DNA from: Gemmatimonadales bacterium
Lineage (GTDB): Bacteria; Gemmatimonadota; Gemmatimonadetes; Gemmatimonadales; GWC2-71-9
Direction of reading: 5' to 3'
DNA length: 38,684 nucleotides
Assembly: GCA_041613315.1 (NCBI GenBank)
Contig: JBFJHJ010000031.1
Coordinates: forward strand, 1 to 38,684
Shown: one piece after another, positions 8,868 through 19,606 of the stretch
Numbering within the stretch: the first letter of the stretch is position 1
Layout: every line of letters starts with the position of its first letter
Translations under genes and position numbers: made by a program
The notes under the pieces: generated by a model
Told to the model about the DNA's origin: nothing
Database searches by the model: none
The model's input: the letters and a program-made list of their open reading frames with translations, nothing else

Positions 8868-10394
8868 TCACCGGCGCCGGACAAGCCGCTTGGCGTCCGG
8901 ATGACCGAGCACCAGGCCGGCTGCTCCGTAAACTAATCCGAACGCGCCCAGCGCGAGCGTGGCGCTGAGCCACATGGGTGCCGACACGAGGGCGCGGGCG
9001 ATGGTGGCGCCAAGGAAGGCGGCGGGCAGGGTGGCCGCAATGCCGCTGAGAACAGCGCGTCGCGCGTCGGCGTCCAGGATCCTGCCGGTGCGTCGGGACA
9101 GCGTCGCGAAGTTGAGCACCATGTTGAGATACGCGCCAATGGAGGCCCCGGCCGCGATGCCGGCCGGGCCCAGCCGCTGCATGAGCAGGTAGGCCGACAG
9201 CGCCGAGACGGCGACGGACAGCACCGCGATCCGAACGGGGGTCTTCGTATCGCCCAGCGCGTAGTGGCCCGACGCGAACAGCTTGAGCGACGCCTGGGCC
9301 GGAACGCCGATCGCGTAGGCCGCCAACACTCCGGCGGCCACCGCCGTCTGCTCCGCCCCGAACGCGCCGGTCTGGAACAGCGCTCCGATCAGCTCCTCGC
9401 CAAACGCCGCGAAGGCCACCGCCGACGGGATCGCGAAGAACGCCACCCGGCGCGCGCCGGCCGCGAGCCGCTCACGCAGGATCGGCTCCGACTGCGCGGC
9501 GGCGTCGCGGCTCAGCTCCGGCAAGGCGGCCGCCGCCACGCTCACGCCGAAAAGGGAGACCGGGAGGATCGCGACGAGTTGCGCGTATCCCAGAATCGCC
9601 ACGGCGCCCGGGGGCAGTAGCGACGCCAACTGCGTGTCGATGACGCTGGAGATCTGGTACACACCGGCGCCGAGCACGACCGGGACCCACGCGCCGATCA
9701 CGCGGCGCACGCCCGGCGCCGCCAGCCGGACGCTCCACGCCAGGCGGCCCGCGAGGCGAAGCGACGTCGGGAGCTGCACCGCAAGCTGCAGCACACTCCC
9801 GGCGAGCGCTCCCCACGCGAGGGCCACCACCAGCCGCTGTTCCTGGAGCAGCAGGCCGCCCAGCGCCACTAGCGTCGCGATCTGCGCGATGTTCCAGAGC
9901 GACGGTGCCGCGTATGACAGGAAAAACCGTCCGTGCGTGTTCAGCACACCGAGACACCACGCCGACAGGATCAGCACGCCGGCCATGGGGAACATGATCT
10001 CGACGAGGGTGACGGTCAGCGCCCGGGTGTCGCCGGCGAAGCCGGGGGCGACGACATCGGTGATGAGCGGTGCCACCGCGATCCCGATCAGCGCGGCGAC
10101 GGCGGTCAGCAGGACGAGGAGTGACGCGATCACTCCGGCCAAACGACGGGCGTCCTCGGTCTCGCCCCGCGCCAGCATCCCGGCGTAGACGGGAATGAAC
10201 GACGCCGATAGCGTGCCTTCGCCCAAGAGGTTGCGGATCACATTGGGAATGCGCAATGCGGCCCGGAACGCATCGGCCGCCGGACCGTCGCCGAAGAAGT
10301 GGGCGAAGACCCGCTCCCGCACGAAGCCCAGGAGGCGCGCCAGGAGAATGCCGGCGCCCACCCGCGCCGCCGCCCGGCCATTTGCGCCGGCCAT
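8868..10394 (-). CDS. murJ: Lipid II flippase MurJ (MviN)
   Basis: RLLGFVRE, ADAFRAALRIPNVIRNLLGEGTLSASFIPVY motifs; about 14 hydrophobic segments. Confidence 0.95.
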   Translation of the reverse strand: MAGANGRAAARVGAGILLARLLGFVRERVFAHFFGDGPAADAFRAALRIPNVIRNLLGEGTLSASFIPVYAGMLARGETEDARRLAGVIASLLVLLTAVAALIGIAVAPLITDVVAPGFAGDTRALTVTLVEIMFPMAGVLILSAWCLGVLNTHGRFFLSYAAPSLWNIAQIATLVALGGLLLQEQRLVVALAWGALAGSVLQLAVQLPTSLRLAGRLAWSVRLAAPGVRRVIGAWVPVVLGAGVYQISSVIDTQLASLLPPGAVAILGYAQLVAILPVSLFGVSVAAAALPELSRDAAAQSEPILRERLAAGARRVAFFAIPSAVAFAAFGEELIGALFQTGAFGAEQTAVAAGVLAAYAIGVPAQASLKLFASGHYALGDTKTPVRIAVLSVAVSALSAYLLMQRLGPAGIAAGASIGAYLNMVLNFATLSRRTGRILDADARRAVLSGIAATLPAAFLGATIARALVSAPMWLSATLALGAFGLVYGAAGLVLGHPDAKRLVRRR

Positions 10395-10399
10395 GCCGC

Positions 10400-10684
10400 T
10401 CAGGCGCCGAAGCCGGGTGACGGTCCGCGCGCCTCGCCCGGATCCTGATCCTCGAGCACCCGCTGGAGATCGTTGAGGTCGTCCCGCAAGCTGGCCGTCT
10501 CGCGCCGGAGCTCGTCAACCTCATCCTCCAACGCGGCGAGCCGGTGCAGCAGCGCCTCGCCATCGTCGGATGGCTGGGTCGGCACGCCGTGTGGCCGGCG
10601 ACTCCGGATGGCGTCGAGCCCGACCACCACGACCGGGATCAAGAGCGCGATGAGCACGACGGTCAGGCCGATCGCCCACGCCAT
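10400..10684 (-). CDS. Small membrane-anchored coiled-coil protein (94 aa), hypothetical
   Basis: AGGAGG SD before ATG 10684; N-terminal TM segment MAWAIGLTVVLIALLIPVVVVGL; heptad region LLHRLAALEDEVDELRRETASLRDDLNDLQRVL; fills the gap between bshC and murJ. Confidence 0.75.
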   Translation of the reverse strand: MAWAIGLTVVLIALLIPVVVVGLDAIRSRRPHGVPTQPSDDGEALLHRLAALEDEVDELRRETASLRDDLNDLQRVLEDQDPGEARGPSPGFGA

Positions 10685-10694
10685 ACGTGGCCTC

Positions 10695-12236
10695 CTACGC
10701 CCGAGGCGTCGCGCGCTCGATCGCCTGCAGCCGCGCGCGCACGGCCGCGAACGCGTCGTCGAGGAACCCCGGACCGTAGCGGATGAGGAACGGAACGCTG
10801 CTGAACACGCGCTCTTGTGGCCGGCCCAGCGGGAAGAGGTTATGCCGGGCCTTGGCGAGCTGCTGCTGGAGGATCTCGTCCTGCTTCTTGAGGTGCCCCA
10901 CGATCCGCTTCTCGACGTCGGCGACGCCCGCAAGTGCGGTGTTACGCGCCGACTGCACCGACTTCTTGAGCGTCGGGTCCACCGCCACCGCCGCGCGCTC
11001 GAGCCGGCCGTATTCGCTGCCCAGCGCCTTGCGCAGCGCGGCGAGCGCCGCCGCCGCGTTGGGAGGCATCTCCTCCTGCGCCAAGCGGCGCTCCAGCTGA
11101 CCCTCCGGCCCGTCGAGGTCCGCCGCCTGCAGCTGATACTTCTCGAGCACCTTGGCGATCTTCGACTCGATGATGCGGCCGGACCACCTCGGGAACGTCG
11201 CCTGCGGCACCACGCCAAGAGCGCGATACAGCGGCTCGCATTGCGGGAGGTAGGCCAGCTCCCCCGGTCCCGCGACGTAGGCGACCGTTGGGAGCAACGC
11301 GGCTTCGACGACCGGTCGCAGGAGCACGTTGGGGGAGAGCCGTGTGGGCGCGTCCCGCCCGACCGCCTCCAGGGCGGCCAGTGTCCAGCGCTCGTTCGAG
11401 CGCCGCGCGACGTACGCGGTGCCGTCGAGCACGAGCCGGTCCCGACCAAGCGTACCTTCGATCATGATGTTCGTGGCGCCCTCGCCCACTGCGACGGGGA
11501 CGCTCCCCCCGGCCGCCCGGAGCTCGTGCGCGCGCGCCGCCAGCGCGCGGTCGAGCGCGGGCGCTTCGCGCAGCGCCTCCAGCAGGTGGTCCGCCATCGC
11601 CCGCTTGGCGGCACCGTGCGACGGACGAAACACCACCAGGCCGTACGGTCCCAGCAGCTCCGCCACGGCGCCGGCAAACGCCGTCGCGAGGTCGTGCTCC
11701 GGCCGATAATGGCGCTCGAGCCAGGCGAGGACGGCGGGACGAAACTCCGTCTCGGGCGTCGCGCGTTGCACCGCATCCAAGACGGCCCCGATGGCGCCAC
11801 CCACGGGCTCCTGATATAGCGGCACCAATGGCGCCGCCGGGTCCCGCTCCCGAAGCGTCACCGGCTCGATCTCGTTATGGAGCGTGAGCACGTGGACGTG
11901 GTTTGCCTCGGCGAAATCGTGATCATCCCCCGCGGTCCAGAAGACCGGTACCACCGGCCGCTCGAAGCGCTCCTCGAGCGACCGCGCGAGCGCCACCGCT
12001 GTGAGCGCCTTGTACAGCGTGTAGAGTGGGCCGGTCAGCAGACCGGGTTGTTGGCCGGTCGTAACGCACAGCGCCCGGTTGGCGAACAGCCGCTCGAGAT
12101 TCGCCTCGGCGGCGTCGTGGGCGGTGAAGGCGGGGCGGAGCGCAGGGGCTACGCCGACCGTGAGCGTCGCGACCCGGGTCCCGAGATCGCCCGCCGGTTC
12201 CGTCCCAATTGGCGTGGCCTGAAAGTCGAGGCTCAC
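10695..12236 (-). CDS. bshC: Bacillithiol biosynthesis cysteine-adding enzyme BshC
   Basis: VTTGQQPGLLTGPLYTLYKA, PVFWxAGDDHDFAE, SPNVLLRPV, YVAGPGELAY, PQER motifs. Start re-assigned to GTG 12236 (GTGA overlap). Confidence 0.93.
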   Translation of the reverse strand: MSLDFQATPIGTEPAGDLGTRVATLTVGVAPALRPAFTAHDAAEANLERLFANRALCVTTGQQPGLLTGPLYTLYKALTAVALARSLEERFERPVVPVFWTAGDDHDFAEANHVHVLTLHNEIEPVTLRERDPAAPLVPLYQEPVGGAIGAVLDAVQRATPETEFRPAVLAWLERHYRPEHDLATAFAGAVAELLGPYGLVVFRPSHGAAKRAMADHLLEALREAPALDRALAARAHELRAAGGSVPVAVGEGATNIMIEGTLGRDRLVLDGTAYVARRSNERWTLAALEAVGRDAPTRLSPNVLLRPVVEAALLPTVAYVAGPGELAYLPQCEPLYRALGVVPQATFPRWSGRIIESKIAKVLEKYQLQAADLDGPEGQLERRLAQEEMPPNAAAALAALRKALGSEYGRLERAAVAVDPTLKKSVQSARNTALAGVADVEKRIVGHLKKQDEILQQQLAKARHNLFPLGRPQERVFSSVPFLIRYGPGFLDDAFAAVRARLQAIERATPRA

Positions 12237-12955
12237 GGGCGGTCCGCGAATAGGATGGTGCGCGGCGCGCCGTCGGCGAGTGGCGCACCGTCGTAGGTGC
12301 CGTAGCGCTCCTTGACCGCGAGCCCGGCAGCGACGAGCATCGCCTCCAGTTCGCCCGGGGAGAACAGCCGCACCCGCTCGACAATACTCCGTCCATCGTC
12401 GGCGAGTTGCATCTCCTTGAGAACGAACCGCCCGTCCGGCGTGAGCCGACGCGCGATGGTGACGCGCCGCGATCCGACGCGGCGTTCCTCGTGCGGGACC
12501 AGCGCCGCACGCACCGAACCGGCATTGAGGTAGTCGATCACGAAGGTGCCGCCCGGCACGAGGAGGCGCGACGCCGTCTCCAGAACCCGGCGGTGCTGGG
12601 CGTCGTCGGCAAAGTACCCGAAGCTCGTAAACAGGTTCACCACCAAGTGAAACGTGCGATCCCGGAACGGCAGCTCGCGCATGTCGCCGCGAACGAGCCG
12701 GAGCGGCGGCCCGTCCCGGTGTCGCGCCCGGCTCAGCAGCGGAAGCGAGAGGTCGACCCCGACGACCTCCGCCCCTCGAGCGGCGAACTGCGCCGCGTGC
12801 CGTCCGGGGCCGCAAGCCAGATCGAGGACCGCCCGCTCCGCCACCGGTCGCCGGCCGTCGATGAGGGTCACGAGCTGGACGGCGTCGGCGTCGTCCCGGT
12901 GGGGGTACAGCCGGAGATACTCTTCACCAAACCACTGCTCGAACCACTCCGTCAC
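12233..12955 (-). CDS. Class I SAM-dependent methyltransferase (candidate bacillithiol N-methyltransferase)
   Basis: VLDLACGPGRH motif I, GVDLS, GDMRELPF, NLFTSFGYF; N-terminal WFEQWFGEEYLRLYPHRD. Likely start GTG 12955. Confidence 0.85.
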   Translation of the reverse strand: MTEWFEQWFGEEYLRLYPHRDDADAVQLVTLIDGRRPVAERAVLDLACGPGRHAAQFAARGAEVVGVDLSLPLLSRARHRDGPPLRLVRGDMRELPFRDRTFHLVVNLFTSFGYFADDAQHRRVLETASRLLVPGGTFVIDYLNAGSVRAALVPHEERRVGSRRVTIARRLTPDGRFVLKEMQLADDGRSIVERVRLFSPGELEAMLVAAGLAVKERYGTYDGAPLADGAPRTILFADRP

Positions 12956-12974
12956 TCGCGGTCCTCCGGCCTCG

Positions 12975-13451
12975 TCACGCGTCCCCGCTCTTGTGGTACG
13001 GCTCACCCCGGAGGATGGTGCAGGCGCGGTAGAGCTGCTCGAGCAGGACGAGGCGGGCGAGCTCGTGGGGAAGCGTCATCGGAGACAGGCTCAGCCGCTC
13101 CTCCGCGGCCTCCAACACCTGGGTGTCGAGCCCGTAGGCACCGCCGAGCACGAAGGCCACGTCCCGGGCGTCGCGCTGCCACTCCGCGAGACGGCGAGCG
13201 AACGCCTCACTGCTCCCCCCCCGCCCCTCCCGTGTGAGCGCGAACAGGCGGGCCCCCGCGGGTACCGCTGCGCGCAGCGCCTCTCCTTCGAGTTGGCGCG
13301 CCGCCGCCGCCTCGCGCGCCCGACGGCCGGCCTCCCGCACCTCGCACACGGCGAAGCGGAGGTAGCGACGGATGCGCCCCGTGTAGCCCTCGCACGCCTC
13401 TCGCAGCGCGGTGTCCCGTACGCGCCCCACCGTGACGAGCGAAACCTGCAT
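12975..13451 (-). CDS. rlmH: 23S rRNA (pseudouridine1915-N3)-methyltransferase
   Basis: SPOUT motifs FVLGGAYGL and LSLSPMTLPHELARLVLLEQLYRACTILRGEPYHK. Confidence 0.96.
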   Translation of the reverse strand: MQVSLVTVGRVRDTALREACEGYTGRIRRYLRFAVCEVREAGRRAREAAAARQLEGEALRAAVPAGARLFALTREGRGGSSEAFARRLAEWQRDARDVAFVLGGAYGLDTQVLEAAEERLSLSPMTLPHELARLVLLEQLYRACTILRGEPYHKSGDA

Positions 13452-14773
13452 CAGGCATAGAGCCCGCGGAGACGGTGCACGGCCGCGACCCGTTCGATCG
13501 CCAACATGTAGGCGGCGATCCGCATGTTCACGCCGTGGCGTTGCGAGACGGCGAGCACGTCGCGAAACGCGTTCCGCATGACCGATGTCAATCGCTCCGT
13601 CACCGTGGCTTCATCCCAGAAGTACCCCATGCGATCCTGCACCCACTCGAAGTAGCTCACCGTGACGCCGCCGGCATTGCCGACGATGTCGGGAATCACG
13701 AAGACCCCGTTCTCCTCGAGGATCTTGTCGGCACCGGCCGTGGTGGGGCCGTTGGCGCCCTCGCAAATCACCTTGGCCTTCACATCGGGGGCGTTCTTGC
13801 GCGTGATGGCGTTCTCGACCGCCGCCGGCAGGAGGACGTCCACGTCCAACGTAAACAGGTCCTCCAGCGGGATGATCTCCCCTCCCGGATAGCCGCTCAG
13901 GTAGCGGTGCTCCCGTACCCACTTGAGGGCGTCGTCGATGTAGATCCCGTTCGGGTTGTAGAGCGCTCCCGACACGTCGCTCACCGCCACGATCGTCAGG
14001 CCCTCTTTCTCCAACAGGTTCGCCGCGACGGACCCGACGTTCCCGAACCCCTGCACCGCGACCTTCGTGCCGCGGATCGGCAACCCTAGATGTTTCAACG
14101 CTTCGTGCACGGCGATCACGCATCCCCGCCCCGTGGCGTCTCGCCGACCGAGGGATCCGCCCATCTCGATGGGCTTGCCCGTCACCACCGCGGTGACCGG
14201 ATGGCGTTTGTGCATGGAGTAGGTATCCATGATCCACGCCATGACGCGCTCGTTGGTGTTGACGTCCGGGGCCGGGATGTCGGACTCCGGGCCGAGGACG
14301 TCGACCAGCGAGGCCGTGTAGCGACGCGTGATCCGCTCCAGCTCGCTGATGGAAAGATTCGTCGGATCGCACACCACCCCGCCCTTCGCCCCGCCGAAGG
14401 GGATGTTGACGACCGCGCACTTCCACGTCATCCAGGCGGCCAGCGCTTTCACTTCGTCCAGCGATACGCGGAGGTCGAATCGAATCCCCCCTTTGCCCGG
14501 CCCGCGGGCGGTGTTGTGGATCACCCGGTATCCGGTGAAGACCTCCAGCTCCCCGTTATCTCGCTGGATCGGCACGGACACGATGACCTGCTTCTCCGGC
14601 TCGCGCAGCACCCGGTAGATCCCGGGATCGAGGTCGAGCAGCTCGGCCGCGTGGTCGAACCGCGCCATCATGCCTTCGAAGGGATTGTCCTCGCTGAGAT
14701 GCGGGTCCTTGTCCGGTCCCAGCACCGACTGCGCCGTTAGCCGGCGCCCACTCCCCGTCGTTGCGTCGCTCAT
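13451..14773 (-). CDS. gdhA: Glu/Leu/Phe/Val dehydrogenase (glutamate dehydrogenase)
   Basis: [60 protein letters not shown]. Start ATG 14773 (ATGA overlap with lpxK). Confidence 0.93.
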   Translation of the reverse strand: MSDATTGSGRRLTAQSVLGPDKDPHLSEDNPFEGMMARFDHAAELLDLDPGIYRVLREPEKQVIVSVPIQRDNGELEVFTGYRVIHNTARGPGKGGIRFDLRVSLDEVKALAAWMTWKCAVVNIPFGGAKGGVVCDPTNLSISELERITRRYTASLVDVLGPESDIPAPDVNTNERVMAWIMDTYSMHKRHPVTAVVTGKPIEMGGSLGRRDATGRGCVIAVHEALKHLGLPIRGTKVAVQGFGNVGSVAANLLEKEGLTIVAVSDVSGALYNPNGIYIDDALKWVREHRYLSGYPGGEIIPLEDLFTLDVDVLLPAAVENAITRKNAPDVKAKVICEGANGPTTAGADKILEENGVFVIPDIVGNAGGVTVSYFEWVQDRMGYFWDEATVTERLTSVMRNAFRDVLAVSQRHGVNMRIAAYMLAIERVAAVHRLRGLYA

Positions 14774-15849
14774 GCCGTGCCGACGGCTCGCGCCGTCGTC
14801 CGCCCTCCTGCGTTCAGACTCGCTCCCCGTCGGTCGCCCGGGGCGACCGCGGCGCGGAGGGCCGCCTCGAGGACCTCGGCCCCCTCTTCCCACTCGACCG
14901 CGAGGGACGCGACCAGCGGCTCCGGCACGCCCGCCGGCCAACGATCGTGCAGCTTCACCGCGTCCTTCTCGGTCACCACAACGTAATCAGCCGCACCCGC
15001 CGCTTGGAGCAGGTGCGTCAGGACGCCCGGCGTGATCGGCTGATGGTCCCGCCACCGGAGGAGCCGTACCTGAGCGCCGAGCGTCCGGCACTGCGCCGCG
15101 AGGCTCACGGGATCCCCCACCCCAGCGGCGATCACGATCGCAGCGCCCCGAACGCCCTCCAGCGGCACAGGTCGGTCGCTCTGGAGGCCCCGGAATCCGC
15201 TGACCGATAGCCGCGCCAGCGCGACGGGCGCCGCCGGCACGGTGTGTCGCACCCGCGCCGCCATCTCCAGGGCGTCGCGGTGCCCCGCCCGCTTCCGCGT
15301 CACGATCACGACATCGGCTCGGCGGAGCGCGCGCCACCCTTCGCGCCACGGGCCCGCTGGAAGCGTCCACGGCACCGCACGGCCCGATTCGGCGCTGACG
15401 AGGACGAGATTGAGGTCACGCGCGACGTCCAGCCGTTGGTAGGCATCGTCGAGCACGAGCACCGTCGCGCCGCCGGCAACGGCCCGCCGCGCGGCCGCCG
15501 CGCGGTCCGCGTCCTCGATCACGATCGCATCGGGGACGAGCCGGCGGTGCACCGCCCCCTCATCTCCCCCGTAGCCCCGCAAGAGAATCGCCGGCTTCAT
15601 CCCGCGCGCGACACACCACCCCGCGACCCAGGAGGCAATCGGCGTCTTCCCCGAGCCTCCGACCGTCAGGTTCCCGACGGCGATCGTGGGGAGCGGCGGC
15701 ACGGCGACCGGGAAGATGCCGCGCCGGTACGCCCGGGCACGCACCGCGGCGGCGGCGCGGATCAGAAGAGCCGGCGGGAGGAGTGCCGCGCGCGTCACGC
15801 GCGCCGGCAGGCCTCGATCGGCCCAGAGCCAGGACGTCACGAGCCGCAC
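14770..15849 (-). CDS. lpxK: Tetraacyldisaccharide 4'-kinase
   Basis: [14 protein letters not shown]-loop, [30 protein letters not shown]. Start GTG 15849 (SD GGGAG) or GTG 15840. Confidence 0.93.
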   Translation of the reverse strand: MRLVTSWLWADRGLPARVTRAALLPPALLIRAAAAVRARAYRRGIFPVAVPPLPTIAVGNLTVGGSGKTPIASWVAGWCVARGMKPAILLRGYGGDEGAVHRRLVPDAIVIEDADRAAAARRAVAGGATVLVLDDAYQRLDVARDLNLVLVSAESGRAVPWTLPAGPWREGWRALRRADVVIVTRKRAGHRDALEMAARVRHTVPAAPVALARLSVSGFRGLQSDRPVPLEGVRGAAIVIAAGVGDPVSLAAQCRTLGAQVRLLRWRDHQPITPGVLTHLLQAAGAADYVVVTEKDAVKLHDRWPAGVPEPLVASLAVEWEEGAEVLEAALRAAVAPGDRRGASLNAGGRTTARAVGTA

Positions 15850-16460
15850 GCCAGCTCCCCGGCTTCCGCGAGACCAGCGGCTAACATCGTTCTCCCCGGC
15901 TCCCGCGCCGCTCGGTGGCACGCGATCTCGATCGGGCGTCCGTACACGATCCGCACGCGCGCGAACGGGCGCGGCACGGCAAAGCGGTCCCAGGAGCGGA
16001 GCCGCCATTCCGAGGAGGCGCGAGCACCGACGGGGACGATGGCGGCACCCCCGTGCTGCGCCGCCGCGATCACGCCGACCTTGACGACTCCTGCGGGACC
16101 CCGAGGACCATCGGGGGTGAGGGCGGTTTCCCCGCCGCGTTCCAGAGTCCGGACGATGCCTTTGAGGCCGGCGACGCCGCCACGCGTGGTCGAGCCGTAG
16201 ACCACCTCGTAGCCCCATCGCCGGGCCGCGTCGGCCAGCGGCGCGGCGTCGCCGTGGCGGCTCACCAGCAGGGTGATGGCCTCGTCCCGCCGGTGCCACA
16301 GCGGCGCCAAGAGCCGGCCGTGCCACACCGCGAAGACCACGGGCACGCCGGCTTCACGAAGTCGGTGGACGCGCTCCTCACCGACCACGTCGACCGCCCA
16401 CGTTCGCGCCAGGGCGGACGCAGCGCGGCCGGCCAGCCCGATCAGCGGTCGCACACTCAC
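15837..16460 (-). CDS. DUF374 / lysophospholipid-acyltransferase-like protein
   Basis: VFAVWHGR, LLVSRHGD, VYGSTTRGG, TPDGPRGP, LRSWDRFAVPRPFAR motifs. Confidence 0.85.
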   Translation of the reverse strand: MSVRPLIGLAGRAASALARTWAVDVVGEERVHRLREAGVPVVFAVWHGRLLAPLWHRRDEAITLLVSRHGDAAPLADAARRWGYEVVYGSTTRGGVAGLKGIVRTLERGGETALTPDGPRGPAGVVKVGVIAAAQHGGAAIVPVGARASSEWRLRSWDRFAVPRPFARVRIVYGRPIEIACHRAAREPGRTMLAAGLAEAGELACGS

Positions 16461-17554
16461 GCCGCGAGCTCCCGTGCCAGACGGGCCACCCGCTCGGCAG
16501 CCCCGGGGCTGCCCAACGCCGTCCGGATTGCCGCGAACGCCGCGCGCTGAGCCCGGGCCTGGGGCCCGTCGCGGTCCAGCAGCGGGAGCACCGCGCGCGC
16601 AAGGGCGTCGGGGGTGGCGGCCCCCTGCAGGAGCTCCGGCGTCACGTCCGATTCAACCAAAAGGTTGACTAAACTCACGTGCCTGACCCCAACGGCCCAC
16701 CGGGCCAGCTGGAAGGTCAGCGGATGCATCCGATACGCGACTACCAGCGGCATCCCCGCCAGTGCGGCCTCCAGCGTGGTCGTGCCGGACTTGCAGAGGC
16801 CGGCGTCTGCGGCGGCGAGAAGCACCGAGGAGTCCCCTTCCCACCGGATGAACTCGTCGACGCCGTCGTGGCGCTGCCCCGGGATGGCGGACACGGCCAC
16901 CGACAGCTCCGGAATCGCGTGGCGGAGCTGGCGTGCTGCCGCTCGGAAGACGGGCCAGAGCCGGCCGATTTCCGACGCGCGGCTCCCGGGAAAAAGGGCG
17001 AGGAGGGGTGTTTGTCGCGGCGCCCCGACGAGCCGCCTGGCCCACGTGCGCTCTGGCGGCGGGGGTCGGTCGAGCAGCGGGTGCCCGACGAATGTCGCCG
17101 GAATCCGCCGTGCCGAGAAGAACGGCTCCTCGAACGGCAGGATCACCGCGAGGTGGCGGACACGGCTCCGCAGCGCGGGGAGCCGCCACGCACCCCATGC
17201 CCAGAGCTGCGGCGCGATGTAATAGAGGACGGGCACGCCCGCTCGACGGGCCGCGGCGGCGACCCGGAGATGGAACCCCGGGTAGTCCACGAGGACGGCC
17301 GCGTCGTAGCGCCCCTCGTCGAGCCGCCGCCTGAGGTCCCGCAAGAGGCGCAGATGCGCGGGCAAGGTGTGGAGCGATTCGGCAAGCCCGACCGCGGCGA
17401 GCCGGTCGATCCCGGTCACGAGCCGCGCTCCGGCGGCCGCCATTCGAGGCCCGCCGACGCCCTCCACCTGCGCCCCGGCGGCGGCGAGGTGTGCGACCAC
17501 TCCGGCGGCGTGCGCGTCCCCAGACGGCTCCCCGGCCGATACCAGGACACGCAT
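16457..17554 (-). CDS. lpxB: Lipid-A-disaccharide synthase
   Basis: AGEPSGD, VDYPGFHL, YIAPQLWAW, ILPFE, FVGHPL, PGSRxxE, SGTTTLE. Confidence 0.95.
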   Translation of the reverse strand: MRVLVSAGEPSGDAHAAGVVAHLAAAGAQVEGVGGPRMAAAGARLVTGIDRLAAVGLAESLHTLPAHLRLLRDLRRRLDEGRYDAAVLVDYPGFHLRVAAAARRAGVPVLYYIAPQLWAWGAWRLPALRSRVRHLAVILPFEEPFFSARRIPATFVGHPLLDRPPPPERTWARRLVGAPRQTPLLALFPGSRASEIGRLWPVFRAAARQLRHAIPELSVAVSAIPGQRHDGVDEFIRWEGDSSVLLAAADAGLCKSGTTTLEAALAGMPLVVAYRMHPLTFQLARWAVGVRHVSLVNLLVESDVTPELLQGAATPDALARAVLPLLDRDGPQARAQRAAFAAIRTALGSPGAAERVARLARELAA

Positions 17555-18329
17555 CAGACGGGCACGCCGTGCTCGGCACGCTCGAGGAACGCCACCAGTC
17601 GCTCGATCTCGGGCACGTGGCCCAGTCGCTCCCGCACGAGCGCGGAGGCCTCGCGCGGTGTGAGATCGGAGTTGAAGATCAGACGAAAGGCCCGCTTCAG
17701 CGCGTCCCGCACGTCCGCAGACACCCCGGCTCGCGTGAGGCCGATCGCATTGATGCCGTAGAGGCGGAGCGGGTCGCCGGCCGCACGCGTATACGGGGGG
17801 ACATCCTGCACCACACGGGTGCCGCCACCGACGAACGCCAGAGTGCCGATCCGCACGAATTGCTGCACCGCGGCGGTGCCCCCCAGGGTGACCCCGGCCT
17901 CGACGTGCACGTGGCCGCCGAGCTGGACCGCGTTGGCGATCGTCACGTCGTCCTCGATCACGCAGTCGTGGCCCACGTGCACGTAGGTCATGAGGAAACA
18001 GCGGTGCCCGATGCGGGTGATTCCCTCCCCGTGACTACCGCGGTTGACGGTGGTGTACTCCCGGATCACCGTGTCCTCCCCGATCTCGAGCCGCGTGGCT
18101 CGGCCGCCGTACCGGCGATCCTGCGGTGCACCGCCCAGGGCGGCGCCAACGCCGATCACGCAGCCGCGGCCGAGCGCCGTGTCGCCCTCCAGGACGGCGT
18201 GCGCGCCGACGACCGTCCCGTCGCCGAGCGCGACCCCCGGGCCAATGACCGCGTACGGACCGACGACGACGTTTGGGCCCAGCCGGGCGACGGGGTCCAC
18301 CGACGCCGACGGGTGGAGGCGCGGAGCGC

Positions 18330-18333
<4 letters not shown>
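17554..18333 (-). CDS. lpxA: Acyl-ACP--UDP-N-acetylglucosamine O-acyltransferase
   Basis: Hexapeptide repeats, PQDRRY, IREYTTVNRGS, HVGHDC, DVPPY, GINAIGLTRAG. Start ATG 18333. Confidence 0.94.
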
Positions 18334-18757
<424 letters not shown>

Positions 18758-18761
<4 letters not shown>

Positions 18762-19606
18762 GAGTCGGGCACCTCCGGGCAGTGAGCGTCGATCGCGCGT
18801 GCCAGGGCGAGGTTACCGTGGTGGCTGGGGCGCTCCGCCGAGATGTCGGCCGCAAGGCGTCCACCCAGCAGCGCGAGATCTCCCAGGAGGTCGACGGCCT
18901 TGTGGCGGACGAACTCGTCGGGCCAGCGGAGGTCGGCGTCGATGATGCCGGTGTCGGTGAGCACGATGGCGTTCGCCGGGGACGCCCCGCGCGCGAGACC
19001 GGCCGCCACGAGCTGGGCGCGCTCGGCCGCGAACCCGAACGTGCGCGCCGCCGCGAGCGACGAGCGGAAGGCATCGGTCGTGATCTCGTAGCGGCCGGTT
19101 TGCCGCCCGATCGCCGGATGATCCCATTCCACGGTCACGGTGAGCCGGAGCGCTGAGGCGGGCGCCGCGTGATAGACGGCGCTCCCGCGGCGCACGGTGA
19201 TGGGGCGCGTGAGCGTGATCCGGGCGGCGCTGCCGGTGCGAGGGGCCTGGCCGGCCTGAGCGAGCGCGTCGAAAAACGGCGCTGCACTCCCGTCCCCCGC
19301 CGGCGGCTCGGGGCCATCGAGGAGGATGTCGAGGTCGTCAATACCGTGAGCGGCGACGGCGGCGAGCACGTGCTCGACGGTCTCCACCGTCGCGTCGCCC
19401 CGGCCCAGGACGGTCCGGCGATGGCCGCTCAGCACCTCGGCGAGCCGCGCAGGAATGCGGGGCTGGCCGGCGAGATCGGTGCGATGGAAGGCGACGCCGC
19501 GTCGCGCGGGGGCGGGCTGAAAGGTGAGCGTGACGTGGCGGCCCGTGTGAAGGCCAATGCCCGTGACGGCCGTGGCCCGGCGGATGGAGCGCCTAGGTGC
19601 CGCCAT
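18758..19606 (-). CDS. lpxC: UDP-3-O-acyl-N-acetylglucosamine deacetylase
   Basis: GIGLHTG, TVEHVLAA, PPAGDGSA, AARTFGF, DEFVRHKAVDLLGDL zinc motif, SHHGN. Start ATG 19606. Confidence 0.94.
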
